Shown one piece after another: positions 27,885 to 41,372 of a stretch of 64,000 bases of DNA; position 1 is the stretch's first letter; every line of letters begins with the position of its first letter. Below the pieces are notes generated by a model. It saw only the letters and a program-made list of their open reading frames with translations, did no database searches and was not told where the DNA came from. The position numbers and the translations under genes are program-made. Source of the DNA: Lama guanicoe (lineage: Eukaryota); assembly GCA_013239625.1 (NCBI GenBank), contig MU054323.1, forward strand, positions 16,806,029-16,870,028, written 5' to 3'.

Positions 27885-29545
27885 CACACATGTCACTTCT
27901 CCCCAAACTGATCTAAAGATTGGATACAATTCGAATAAAAAGTCAAATAGAATTGTTGAGGAACTTGACTAATAATTCTCAAATTTGTACTGAGAAGCAA
28001 AGACCTAAGAATAAACAAGACACTCCTGAAGAGGAATATCAAGACTTCTTACAAAGCTGAGGTAACGAAGACAGTGTTGTACTGGCACAGATGCAGACAG
28101 TTTGCCCGTTGGAACAGACTAGAGTCCCCAGAAACAGAGACAGAAAGAAAAGGGGAGGGGATGGGTCCTTGAGATATGATGGAGAAGGCACTGCACATCA
28201 CTGAGGAAACAATGAATTCTTTAATAAATGGTGTGGGGTCCGTTGGTTACCAATACGGGAAAACAACAACAAAAGAAACTGTAATCAGATCCTGCTGCGC
28301 ACCGTGCAGAAAAATCAAAGCCTAGTGGACTTCAGACTTAGACGTAAAAGGCAAAACTCTAAAATTTTTTTAGACAGTGTAGGAGAATATCTTTAAGACC
28401 TCAGGGTGGCAAAGATTTCTTAAACAAAACACGGAAGTACAAACTACAAAAGAAAAAATGATAAATTTGGCTACTTTCAAATTAAGAACTTCTGTTTCAT
28501 AATAGATCCTGTGATGAAAGCGATCAGAAAAGCCACAAGCCAGGAGAAGACACTTGCAGTATGTATAGCCAATAACACATACATAAAAAGGACTTTTCAA
28601 ATCTTCAAAGTCCAATAAAATAAATGAATAGATACACAGCCAATAGCCCAATAGAAAAGTGGACAAAAGATAGGAACACGCAGTTCACAGAATAGTAAAC
28701 ATGAGTCGTCCCTCAACACATCAAAGAAGACTCAACCTCATTAGTAATCCAAGAGACTAATTAAGACACCAGCGAGATACCGCTTTTCACCCCCTGGATT
28801 AGCAAAAATTAAGAAGTCATGCACAGTCAAAGTGAGGGTGTGAGTCAACTGGAATTTTTAATACGCTGTTGGCAGGAGTCTACATTGGTGCAACTCCTTT
28901 GGAAAACACAAGCTGGAGTTTCACGTACGTTACAGCCCAGTATTTCTACCCTAGAGAAACTCTTGCACACATGCCTAAGATTCATGTGATACTACTTCTT
29001 TCTAAGTATAAACTGTACAGAAGCTCTTGCATAGCGGTTTATGTACAGGACCAATCTTAGCAACACTGTGATAACAACCTGGACAACCCTTGTCCAAGCG
29101 AGCTGGAGAATGAATAAACAATTATTTATTCATACTCATGCTATAAGATGTTACATACCATAGCAAAGATAATGAACCACCTGCCACATGGATCAATCTT
29201 AGAAATACAATATGGAGTGAGAAAAGCAAGCAAAAAGAAGACTGGGTATAGTAGAAGATAACACCATTTTTAAAAAGCAAGCAAAATTCAAATAATGTAT
29301 TATTTGATGTTGTAGACATAGGTGCTAACTTACTTTTTAAAACCAGGGGTTTACAGGAATAAAATTCGGAATGCTGGTCACTTCTAGGGCTCTGCAGGGC
29401 ACAGTACAGGAAAGGAGCCCACGGGCTGGACGATGGTATTGGCCATGATCGCTAAGGCTCACAGGTGTTCCTGATGTTACTCTGCTTCATTATCACCTGT
29501 GTGATGCTCATCTTCTTTTGCAAATATCAACACTGACATAACAAT
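27885..29545 (+). mobile_element. Degraded LINE-1 ORF2/3' UTR (L1ME-like)
   Basis: 'aagacagtgttgtactggcacag', 'ggcaaagatttcttaaacaaaacac', 'caatagaaaagtggacaaaaga', 'catggatcaatcttagaaatacaatatggagtgagaaaagcaag'. Confidence 0.75.
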
Positions 29546-31279
29546 AATAAAAGGAGGAAATCAGGTGGCCAAGGCTTTTCTGAGAACACGGAAGCAGGAT
29601 TCTTCTAGTTACTCATGTTTTTGCTGGTGCCCACAGGCTTGCCGACATCTGTTGTTAGAGGTGGACAGGGCAGCGAGGTCATCTAGGCCCATCACTAATT
29701 TTACAGGGGAGGAAACAGGCTCTGAGAGCATAGGCGACAGTTCTGTGATTGCCACCCAGAGCCAGGAGCCAAATCCACATTTCTGACACATCTTGCCTGG
29801 CATCAAGTCCCCAGGCTGTGCCCTTTGGTCTGGTGGATAATAAAAAGAAAAGAAAACTCTAATCTTCTTTATCTTTGCCTCTCTAAGACCTGGCACAAGG
29901 CCTGAGCATTTGCACAGGTGCTCTCAAAATGTCTGTTAATTGGATATGATGCAATTCTCAATGGATTGTCCACAGGTGTCTCCAGAATGGTAAAAGGTAA
30001 CTCTCTCTCCCAGTTTAAGAGCTTCAAACCACCCCCCAAATAACCCCAAAAAACAAAAAAACAAAATTCCTGGAAGCAAAACAGAAGCAGCTATCAGTCA
30101 CGTCATTACCGGGCATTCCCAGAACGTAATGCTTGGGCACAGGGAAGGAAGGGTCTGGGGGAAGGGAGGCCAGAGATCTCAGCAGTAGCCACGGATGCAT
30201 TTCCCAGCTGGTCCCAGCAGGCCAGCCTTGCGTGACTGGCTTCTTTAGCTTGAGGTGTAGAACTCAGAAGAAAGGAGCCAATCCCTGTGAATATGTCTTT
30301 GTTGTCTCCCAGGCGAGGAGTTGCCAGCATCTGTGGTTTGGCTGTGGAATGAGCAGTGGAAGCACTTTCTCTTCCATTATCTCTGCATAACAGCCTGGCT
30401 GATCCCATGTCGTGTGAGTAAGTTCCTGGCAAGGCAAGTGGTTTCCATCTTACTTCACTGATGGCTTCCCTGAACCTCGGGTTTCCCCCATCCCTAATTC
30501 TGTGCCATGAAAGTCCCCTCAGGTATCAATCATTATTATTATTTTTTGGAAAAGTTTTATTGAGTACTAACCATTTATTCATTCACTTAAAATATTTTTT
30601 GGAACCCTACTATGTACTATATGTTTTAAATATTAATTTACTAATATGATTACAACCTAAAGTCGATTTTATCTACAAATTACAGATGAAAAGACTGAAG
30701 CCATGTGAGTTTTGATAAGAGGTCCACAGTCGCAGAGTTGAATCAGTTACTACTGCTGTGGAAATATAGATTATTAAAGTAATAACAACACATTAAGCTT
30801 AAATTTCTGTGCCTCAGCAATTCAGGATGGTTTCCCAGTCTTGGCTAAGCGAGGTCATACATTAGCGGTCAGCTATGGATTGATTAGGCAAAAAGCCTGA
30901 TGGCTGACTGGCTGGTGACTGGAGTCCCATAGCTCTCCCCCGTGAGGTCTCCCATCATGCAGTAGACTGACTTGGCCTTACTATTACTAGGGATGCAAGA
31001 ATCCAAAAGCAAATCAGCCCAATTCAAGTATCATTATTCTTCCTGCCCTGGTTTTTCCAGACCTCCCCTATCACCAGAGACTGAGCCAGGGTCCTTGTTT
31101 GTGGCTCTTAAAGCCTCTGCCTTCCTGTGAAACTTATTTGGGAATTTATATTATACCTGTTTACATTTCAGCAGCTTTTGTCATTGCAACATGCCTCCCC
31201 AGATTTTTTGTATCTACCTTGGGCTCTTGGTTTGATTACTTTCTAAATTAATTCCAAAATGTTTTGTGATAATTTTTTA

Positions 31280-32150
31280 AAACAGGCTTTATTCTTTATA
31301 GAAATTTTAGATCCATAGCAAAATTGAGTGGCAAGTACAGAGGTCCCCTATCCCCCTCCCCAACGTGCACAGCCTCCCCCACTACCAACACCCCCCACCA
31401 GAGCGGCACATTTATTACATCTGATGAACCTACACTGACACATCATTATCACTCAAAGTTCCTAGTTTACATCAAGGTTCACTGTTGGTATTGTATAGTC
31501 TATGGGTTTTGACAAATGAATGATGGCATGTATCCACCATGATGGTATCAAACAGAATAGTTTCACCACCTGGAAATCCTTGGTGCTCCACCTATTCACC
31601 CCTCCCCCTCACTAGCCCCTGGCAACCACTGATCTTTTTACTGTGGTCATAGTTTTGCCTTTTCCAGAATGCCATGTAGTTGGAATCACACAGTATATGT
31701 AGCCTTTTCAGATTGGCTTCTTTCAATTAGTAATAATATGCATTTAAGTTTCCTCCAAATATTTTCATAGCTTAATAGTCCATTTCTTTTTAGCACTGAA
31801 TAATATTCCATTGTTGGGAAGCACCACATTTTATTTATCCATTCACCTACTGAAAGACATCTTGATTGCTTCCAAGTTTTGGCAATTATGAAAAAATCTT
31901 CTATAAATATCAGTGTGCAGGTTTTTGTGAGGACAAAAATATGCAGCTCGTTTGGGTAAATACCAAGGAGCACAATTGCTGAATCATATGAAACTGCCAA
32001 ACTGTCTCCCAAAATGGCCGTCCCATTTTGCATTCCCATCAGCAGTGAATGAGAGTTTCTGTTGCTTGACATCCTGCTCAGCATTTTGTATTGTCAGTGT
32101 TTTGAATTTGGGCCATTCTGCTAAGTGTAAAATGTTGTTTTAATGTCATA
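31280..32150 (-). mobile_element. LINE-1 3' end (L1MA/MB-like), reverse orientation
   Basis: 'ccctggcaaccactgatcttttta...ttttccagaatgccatgtagttggaatcacacagtatatgtagccttttcagattggcttcttt'; ORF 31686..32084 is L1 ORF2 C-terminus-like (IAKTWKQ...W...MEYYS). Confidence 0.88.
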
Positions 32151-32349
32151 ATTTTTATCAGCTAGACTGCAATGTTTTTCTGGAGCTTGGAATTCGTTTA
32201 ATATTTGTTTTTCCCATTCCTTTCCTTCTTTCTTCATCTAATATCTTTGAATGTTAAAAGATCTTATGGTGGTTCCTTTTTTATTACTTCTTATAGAAGC
32301 AGGTGATATTTTCCTGTATCAGCTTTTTGCTTTCTTACTCATGTTACTT

Positions 32350-32885
32350 AGCTGTATTATTCCGCCACGTATGCTGAAATCGGTGGTGTGGAAGGAAGGG
32401 GAGAGATAAGGCACATCCCATAGCTCCTTTTCCTTTCAGTCCTTCCTTACTCATCAGGAAGCCCAGGGTTCAGAGTGTAGCAGAATGTGCACATGCCAAG
32501 AAGCAAAGTGAAAACAACTGAGTTCGTTGTGGGCAGTGTTCCTATTGTTCTGGTAAGGACAAAATATATGTGCGTGTGCAAGCTGCAAAACAAAAACTGT
32601 GTGATTTCAGTGGTTGTGCATATAAGTTAAATGCTCTTATAGTTAAAAGTCTAACACAGGCATTGTGCAATATAAAGATGAATGGTAAAATTCACACTAA
32701 TATTTAATTTTCTTAGCAAAACATTAAACAGTAAATTAAAAGATCATGATAAGAGAGAGAGAACATGGGAGAAAGGAAAGAGGTTTATATATTAGGACCT
32801 TTATTGGCACTTTTCCCCTGATTTTTGAGGAAGTCTTTCATTTTCACTCTGTACTGAGCCCAACAAATTAGGTAGCCAGCCCTGC
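32350..32885 (-). mobile_element. hAT-Tip100-like DNA transposon fragment
   Basis: Terminus 'tttcattttcactctgtactgagcccaacaaattaggtagccagccctg' resembles recalled MER91/MER115/Zaphod-group ends. Left boundary approximate. Confidence 0.55.
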
Positions 32886-34714
32886 GCAGGAGGTTAGCAC
32901 TGAGAAGACCCTATTATGCAGCTCAATCCCTTCATGGGACAAGGAAGATGAGGCCCAGAGAGGTAAACTAATGTCTTTCTTAAGAAATTAAAAGGGAAGG
33001 GTAGGATGGGAAGAACTTCCTCCATCTTCAGACCTCGAGGAGTGAGCTCGAAACATACTAAATCCAGAAGGACCTGCATCCCTCTAATCTGTCCCTGTCC
33101 AGTTTCTCTGGCACCCATCCCCTCCCGTGATGATCCCAGGTTCCCAGAGCTAGCCTTGTCCCCTGGGTTCGAGCACAGTGGGGCCAAACTCCCAGCATTC
33201 TTTGCAGCCGCTGCATATTTTGGCTGCATTCCCACCATCCTGGATTCCCCAGCTAGGCATCACTCCCACACAGGCAACAGCCAGACAAGATCTTACACCA
33301 CCAACTGTGTCTCACCAGCCCTGGGCACCTGGGGACTTTGAACAGTGTTCTATTCTTGGGAATGTTCAGCTTCTAATGAGTCCACAAATCCTTTAAAAGT
33401 TGAGAAAATGAATTGTTTGAGGTGGGGTTTACAGGAGAAGGAGTCCTGATGCAGCGTCCTGAATCTTCCTCCCTTGGACAAATTTCTTCTTTTCTATGCA
33501 GAAAAAATAATAGGGAAAAGAAGGGAGTGTTTGGAGGACTGGCTTGGGAAAGATGTAATGTCTTTTCCTGTTGTCAAAATCCTTGCTGTGAGGCTTGGAA
33601 ATGCTGATTTTGAAAGATTTTAACAGTCTCTTTCCAAGGCAACTCACTGAATAACACAAATAACAAGAGTCTTTTATCAGATGTCATGTCATCTGATATT
33701 CCAGCCAGCACCAAACACACACACACACACTCACACACACACACACATTTTGTTTTTACTTCTACAGGGGATAAGAAAAAAAACGGGACACTTTTTCTTA
33801 AATTACAGCGAGATAATTTTATCCTCCCCTGCAACCCTAGAGCCCAAGCCATTCCCAAAACACAGCAAAGCAAAGTTTGAAAGGACACCATGTACCATTT
33901 CATTCCCTTGGGTGGAAACATGATTTTGAACTCCACCCTGCCGTCCCTCCACCTTCATTAAAACCCTAGAAGGACATTTCCTTCGAATGATATGTCTTCT
34001 GGGATTTCTTGGTGTTGCCTGAAAATTATTTCTTTTGAATCAAAACGTTTGGGGCTAGGTCATCGCTAGCGTGCAGTGGCGGGGCGGACTGGGACTGTGG
34101 TTATGTAGAAAGAAGACAGGCCTCGTACCCTGGGGACCACCACACCCTGTCCCAGCTTCCAGCTGCTCAAGCTTTCTTGGAGAAGGTCCCTTCCAGACAC
34201 CACCAGCCACAGGGTTTACCAAAAAAAACAAAACAAAACAATACAAACCCCAGCCTCTGGCTTCTGTGCTGTGGGGGCAACTTCCGGCTCCACCTCTGCC
34301 TGGATCGTACCCCTCCCACCAGCCCTCCCACCAGGCCCTTCACTTTGGCCGGGCCCTTTCTCTCTGCCGGCTCCTGTGTGCTGGGCTTTGGGATTCTCAT
34401 TTGCTTCCTGAGCTTTCTTGCCAGGACTCAGAATCCAGTCCTGCTCAGTTCCCCTCAAGCTCTTGCAAGAACCAGTCCAAATGCAACCTCCCCTCCAGGC
34501 CTCCCTCACCATTCTGAGGCCCGTCCTAGGGCAGCTGAGCAAGGCCAGTATTCTAGCACATTCTCTTCCCCCTTGTGGTTGCCTGCCCACTCAGGAATAA
34601 TGACTTACTTTTCAATGCTTCTCCTTCCACCCCAATGCCTAACGCAGGACAGTATGTAGGCACACAATAGGTGTTCAATAAAAATTAACTGTATAAATTA
34701 AAAGCTCTCCACTG

Positions 34715-35264
34715 TGAAAATATTTGCAAAACGATGAGACTGACAAAGGCTTAATTTCCAGAGTATACAAACAGCTCATAAAATTCAATAACAAAAAAAC
34801 AAACAACCTGATCAAAACATGGGCAGAAGACCTGAACAAATATTTCTCCAGTGAAGAGACACAAATAGCCAATAGGTACATGAAAATACTCAATATTGCT
34901 AATTATCAGAGAAATGCAAATCAAAACTATGATGAGGTATCACCTCACACCATTCAGAATGGCCGTCGTTAAAAAGTCCATAAAACATAAATGCTGGAGA
35001 GGGTGGGGAGAAAAGGGACCCTCCTACACTGCTGGTGGGAATGTAAATTGGTGCAGCCATTATGGAAAACAGTATGAAAGTTCCTTAAAAAACTAAAAAT
35101 AGACTTACTCTATGATCCAGCAATCCCACTCCTGGGCATATATCCAGAAGAAACTCTAATTCAAAAAGATACATACACCCCAACATTCATAGCAGCACTA
35201 TTTACAATAGCCAAGACATGGAAGCAACCTGTCCATCAACAGATGAATGGATAACAAAGTTGCA

Positions 35265-35317
<53 letters not shown>

Positions 35318-35794
35318 ATGGAATAATATTCAGCCATAAAAAGAGAATAAAATAATGCCATTGCAGCAACATGGATGGAACTGGAGATCATCATACTGAT
35401 TAAAGTAAGCCATAAAGAGAAAGAAAAATACCTTATGATATCACTCATATGTGGAATCTAAAAAAAAAGAGGACACAAGTAAACTTATTTACAAAAGAGA
35501 GACTCACAAACATAGAAAACAAACTTAAGGTTACTGGGGGGAAAGGGGATGGGAAGGGATAAATCGGGAGTTCAGGATTTGCAGATACTAACTACTATAT
35601 ATAAAATAGGTAAACAACAAGAACTTACTGTATAGCACAGAGAACTGTATTCGATACCTTGTAATAGCCTATAATGAAAAAGAATATGAAAAGGAATATA
35701 TATGTGTGTAACTGAATCACTATGCTGTACACCAGAAACAAACACAACATTGTAAATCGACTATACTTCATTAAAAAAACAAAAAAGAAACAAG
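34715..35794 (+). mobile_element. 5'-truncated, relatively young LINE-1 3' end with A tail and diverged TSD
   Basis: ORF2 C-terminus-like ORFs ([29 protein letters not shown]), L1 3' UTR and A-rich tail; TSD AAAAGCTCTCCACTG (34700-34714) versus AAAACTCCCCATTG (35795-35808); internal (TA)n at ~35266-35309. Confidence 0.92.
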
Positions 35795-36939
35795 AAAACT
35801 CCCCATTGCAAGCACAGCATTCTCTGTTAACATAACCTGCACAAAAACTCAGTAAACATATGTGGTGGGAACTTTGATTTCAGGTCCATAAATGTCTTTC
35901 AGCTGTGTTCTCCTAACCCCTCCTCCATTACTGCAAAGGCCATAAAGGAGGTTGTACCCGTGAGATCTGAAAAGTCACGTGGGCTGCTCTGCCCAGCTGT
36001 AGGGCCCTAGGGGCGGTTGTTGAGCTTTGAACAAACCCTGGGATTATTTATAATTGAAAATCAGACTCCAAGAGCCTTCAGAGCCATGAAGGAGTTTATT
36101 ATTCTCCACCCCACGTGCTTCCCCTCTGTCCTCTCACCTCCCCGCTCCGGCCTGACATCCTGCCACACTCACAGCAGGCTCAGGCCTCAGAGCACCTGGG
36201 CTGGGCAAGTGGCCGCCTTCCCGCCTGGTCAGTCCGGGAGTCAGGAGGTGCAGACCACCCTGCACGCCCACACATGCCCTTCTGACTGGGATGGAGCATC
36301 AAAGGATGAGAATGGCCAGCTGAGGCGGAAACTCGACAGGACTGCCTTAGTCCAGGCTTATCTCAGCGGGGGCCTGCTGAAGTCCGAGGAAGGGGTGGAG
36401 GCCGCTGGGAGGACCTGGGTGGGAGTGCAGACCTGTCCCCACACATGTGACGAGCTCGCCTCCGCGCTCGCACGTGACTCCCCCTCAACCTTGCATGCTT
36501 GGCCTGAGCCCACCCCTCCCGTCAACACAGAAAGCTCTTCAGCCTCTAACCTAAACCGTGCCCAGGCCCGGTGACTAAGAAAGAGAAATCGTAAAGTACG
36601 TCAGCCCTGCAGAGGCAGGTACACATCTAAGCGACTGGACGTAGAACTGCTGCAGAGCCCTTTCTTCAAAAGAACCTGACCAGAAAACCCAGTGAGCAGA
36701 GTGATAAAGCCCCCGAGGAGCAGTCCGCACTGCTGCTCCTCCCTTCGCATCTGCCAGGCCAAGGTGTCTTCACTGCACTCACCTCCCGCACGTCCGCTCC
36801 TTCCTGACGTCTTGGAGCCCAGCCACCGTGTGCCCTCGGGGACGCCAAGGCCAGCAAAGCCAAGCCGCAGGCAGCCCTCTCTTGCAGGTCCAGGGATGGT
36901 GTTCATGGAGAGCCACAGAAGACAGGTACATTGACCAGA

Positions 36940-37450
36940 GCAGTAGTTAGAATATTCCTTCTTGAGAGTGGTAGGAGCCCAATACGAACAAGCTTAATTA
37001 CAACGAGGCTTCACTGGAGAGATACTGGAACATCCAAACACACGTTTGGGCTCTCAATGCCTAGAATTGGGCCTCCGTGTCATGAAGACCACTCTCTCTG
37101 TCTCTCCTCTCTCCTGACCCCTGCTTGGCTTTATTCTCACCAGCGCAGGTGGGTTTTCTCCGTGTGACTGAGAACATACACCCTGGAAGGTAGATTCCCA
37201 TCCAGCCCTCCAACCGCCTGGAGCTAAGATGGCTTCACCACCAGCTCTTTGAACAGTCCTAGAAAGACATCTGATTGGCCCAGATTCTGTCATGTGCCCA
37301 TCCCTGGACCAATCACTGTGGCCTGAGGGATGGATGCCTGCTTAAATCCTGGCCAAGAGCATGGGATTCTGGGATTGGCAGCTCCTCCCAACCACTAGGA
37401 AAGGGCACTGGGAGAAGTAGTTCCCCCAGAAAAAGAGGGGGCCCTGTTAG
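36940..37450 (-). mobile_element. Old MaLR LTR remnant (MLT1K/L-like)
   Basis: 'ctgattggcccagattctgtcatgtgcccatccctggaccaatcactgtggcc' is typical of MLT1K/L. Confidence 0.55.
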
Positions 37451-38714
37451 GTTAATGATGACCAACAGCCCAGATTCTTAACATTTTGACAAAGACTCTT
37501 TTGGCAGCAGTGCTGTAACTGAAAGAAATCTCCCATGAGTTCAACTTCAACTATTAGGGACTGGGGCAAGGAGAGCCTTGCAGGGCCCCTGGGGCCACCC
37601 ACAGAGGGAGCCATCTGCCTCCCTCTCTGCACACCCAGAGCTAAACCCAGGCATTAGCCGGGGAGCATATGTGTTGCTTTTCCTTTTAAACCTAATTCAA
37701 CCTGAAAGGACTCTTCATCTTATCTTGTGCAAGTGAGCAAGGGAGAGTGTTGTTGGTTCAGTGGTGCAATAAATAACCTCTCGTTATGAGAAACATGATG
37801 CCTCAGTCCCTAAGCCATTTGGTAACCATAATCTGACATTACAGAAGCTTTTCTTGTGAGACCAGAGATATCTGAGCCACTTCCCTTTTCAAACAACTTC
37901 AGCTAATGGCTTTCCATGCTATTAGTGGAATGAATCCAGGCTATCGTTGATTTGTGGTCACTTGATTGGGTCCTGAACGGGGAGGTGCAGCCTTGCGAGG
38001 AGGAATAATTGCCTGGGAACACTGCAAAGTGATACAATTGTATGGAGTTGGAGGAACCACAGATTTGGAGAAACTCGACTCCTCCGGAGAGATGAAAATA
38101 TTTGTCCAGGTTTCTCACTCCCATGCTGGCCCCTTCCTCACTCTGACGGCTCACTTCAGCCCTCTCTGCCTCTCCATTGTTCCCGACCCTGGGAATGTTT
38201 TCTTAGAAAGGAGGGCCTTCTGCTTGGATCCTACTACACAAAGCCAGGAGCCATGTAGAAAATGATCCAGCTGCACAGCCTGGCTGGCAGGTCTAACCAC
38301 TGTATCCGTAGGTAAACGTCAGTCCTGGGAACGCTCCTAAAACTTTGCCTATGCATTTCAGACTCTGACTCCTGTCACCGTCACCACAGGGCAGTTAGAG
38401 TGAGTGCAGCAGTGGGTGTGGCCATTAAACAGATCTCTCTCTACTAGGAAAAGAGACACCATCTTGTATAGTAAAGTTGCCTGCCTACTTGCATGCTTCT
38501 GGGCTGCCCCACGGGCCCATTTTAGGAGACCTTGGTACCATCTGACCCTAAAAGAAAATGGCAGTAGAACCTGACACCATGCTAAGCACGCTTCACAGGG
38601 TGGAAGAAGGAACACCAGTGGGCCTGCATTTGTTTTGACATTGGAAACCTGCCTTCATTTTCTGAACCATAACAACCAGAGGTTATCTCAGCCTTGGGAG
38701 GGACTTGTTCTTTT

Positions 38715-39150
38715 CAATAAACTTTTAATTTGGGAATAATTTTAGTTTTACCGAAAAGTTGCAAACATAATACAAAAAGTTCCCTTATACCCTTGACCCC
38801 GGGTCCACTAATGTTAACATCTTTCATGATCTCATGTGCTGCAGTTGTCAAAGTTAAGTAACTCACATTGGTACCATACCATCAGCTAACTCCACACACT
38901 ATTCGTATCTCATCCATTTCTTCACTAACGTTTCAGGATCCCACGTCGTGTTTAGTCATTGTGTCTCCTTTGTCTCCTCCAATCTGTGACAGTTTTTCTG
39001 TCCTTCCTGGACATGACCTCGATTACAGTGAAGAGTACTGGTCAGATACGTCCTAGAATGTCCCTCAGTTTGAGGGACATGTATGAGGTTGTCTCAGAAT
39101 AGACTAAAGTTGCAGGTTTTGAAGAAGAAGACCCAGAGGTGAAGGGCCTG
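38715..39150 (-). mobile_element. LINE-1 3' UTR (L1MC-like)
   Basis: 'ttgggaataattttagttttaccgaaaagttgcaaa...gttaacatctttcat...gaagagtactggtcagatacgtcctagaatgtccctcagtttg'. Confidence 0.75.
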
Positions 39151-40317
39151 TGAGGGGCTTTTTAAAGAACAGGTAGCTCAGACGTTACAAGTTGACCTGC
39201 CTTCAAACCAAATCATATTTTGTTCGTTCTAATCTCAATTTTTAAGAAATGTCTGTGCCAATTTTGTGCTGGTTTTTCAATTCAGATTTCCAGTTTCTTT
39301 AAAAAATAGAAAGGGCCGGTAACTGCAGGCCCCCCTGGCAGTCACGATGGGCACTGGGAAGCAATGCCCCCACCGGACGCATTGCGTCCTCTATCAGCCC
39401 CACCAGTCCGGTGGCCTCCCCAGCTGTCAGGTTCAGCGTCAGCTGCCGTCGATCATCATGTCCATGGTGTTGATTTTCCTGCAGTAAAGGGGTGGCTTCT
39501 GTGTTTCTATCACAACAGAAATGAACCCAGATGGCCCCGTGCTTCAAGAGGGAGAATGCAAGAGCAAGAAGTGTGGTGAGTGGCATCTCAAGGAAACTGC
39601 AGGTTTCTGAACAACAGGAAAGGGGGTGAATGCAAACTCTGAAAACTGCACATGATTCTCTGTGACAGTTGTCCACCAGACACAGGCCTCACCAATTCTT
39701 TGGCAGCAGAAAGGAGGGGTGTGGGTCAGGAGGGAAGCCGAGAGGGAAGTAGACATGTGAAGGGAAAGGAGGATGTAGCCTCCACCTGTCCTGAGTTCCC
39801 TTTCCCAGGACAAATTCATGTCACTACCCAGGGATGGCCCTGTCACCTAGTGGGCATGGCCACCTAGTAGGGTCTGTGCAGCTGGGCCTCCTCTAGGCAG
39901 GAATGTCCAGCACCGCCAACTCTACCTCAAAAGAGATCCTGCGAGCAGACACAGGACCTCCTATATCTTTTGTACCCTCCCTGACATACAGGCCTGTTAG
40001 AGGCACAGTAGGGGTCTGTCTGATTCTCCTCTACAAGGCCCCCTGACTTTCAGTCAGACATCCTCTGTTATATGAGCTAGAATTCTGAGCCCCAACTCCA
40101 CCCCCCCCAGGCCAAGTGATGATAGGTTCCCCAACTCCCCCTCCTCCTCTGCCCCTCTCCTATCACACCCATCACCCCAGCCTTAAAGGATCTGTAGAAT
40201 GTGACCACACCAGGTATTGGGGTAGTGACCAAGCCAAGTCTCCAAGCACCCCGCTAATGTGATGAGTCCTACCCAACAGATCACCAGAGCAAACCCACGT
40301 GGAGTGGAAACTCAGGT

Positions 40318-40470
40318 GAAAGGAGTGAGCACTGGACTAGGAGTCAGAGGATCTGGACTCCAGTCTTGATTCCAGTGCTGTGCAGTGTTGGGCATATCAC
40401 CTAACCTCTCTGAGCCTGAACTGTCTCAACTATCAAATTGGGTGACATTTTTACCTGTCTTGGCAACCTC
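40318..40470 (+). mobile_element. MIR SINE
   Basis: 'gagcactggactaggagtcagaggatctggactccagtc...gggcatatcacctaacctctctgagcct'. Confidence 0.75.
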
Positions 40471-40899
40471 CTGATTTCTGTGACGTGTGAAGACAATCAC
40501 ACCACAGAATCAGCTTCATAATTTGTTCCTTTCACTCTCAAGCCTGAGTTCTACCCTTCTCTGTGTGTCCAGAGCAGCCCGCCTTTCTCCATCAGTGCAC
40601 TAACATCACATTCCCTGCATATTCGTTAACCCTGCACCCCTACTCCTAGTAGGACTGCCTTGAGGACAACATACTCATATTGGAATATGGCCTGGTTGAT
40701 ATCTATTCCAGTGATTAGTACAGGGTATGTCAAGATTGTTTGTTGAATGAACAAAGTAATCAAGCAAGCAAGGAAATAACACAGTACATGTAAAAGCTCT
40801 TTGTCAGGCTTTATCTAAATAGGAGGGGCTAGGGTTGGTACCTGACTAGTTCCTGGGTAGCTGACCTGACCTAACCACCCTCCTCTCAGAGAACCTGTT

Positions 40900-41372
40900 C
40901 TGGCCCACAGCCAGTGCTTTTTACCTTGCCCTGCCTTCTGATCGGCTGATTGGACCAGAGGTTGACACCTGACTTAAATTTGTCAATCTATTGGCTGACA
41001 AGCCGCCAGTCAGACTCTTTGAATATTTGAGTTGTCACAGAGATGAAAAATCATGAGGTAAATGTAGGTGATTGAACTGAGATGTCATGTAGAACCATGA
41101 CTGCGGCAGCCATCGTAGCCCAAGAAGCCCCTAGAGAGAGAGGAGATGGAGAAATTGCGATGAGAGAGGTCCTCTGAGCCTTAGAATCAGAGAAGGCAAC
41201 CTCAGTTCCAATATTCCAGTTGCATTTCCGGTCTGGCTGCACTTTGTGTCTTGTGCTTAGATGCCTGAGAGATTTTCCCTTGACACTGAATATAAACCCC
41301 TCTTTGCTTAAGCTGGGGGTGGCGTGGGGGTTAGAATATCTGTTCCTTATACCCAAATAATCTTTCACTTAG
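40900..41372 (+). mobile_element. Probable ERVL-class LTR remnant (LTR16/LTR33-like)
   Basis: 'ctgattggaccagaggttgacacctgac', 'gcggcagccatc', 'aaacccctctttgcttaagctggg...tctgttccttatacccaaa'. Confidence 0.5.

Noticed and set aside
34724..35096. Active L1 ORF2
   Set aside because: Only the C-terminal part is present, it is split across frames, and the element is 5'-truncated.
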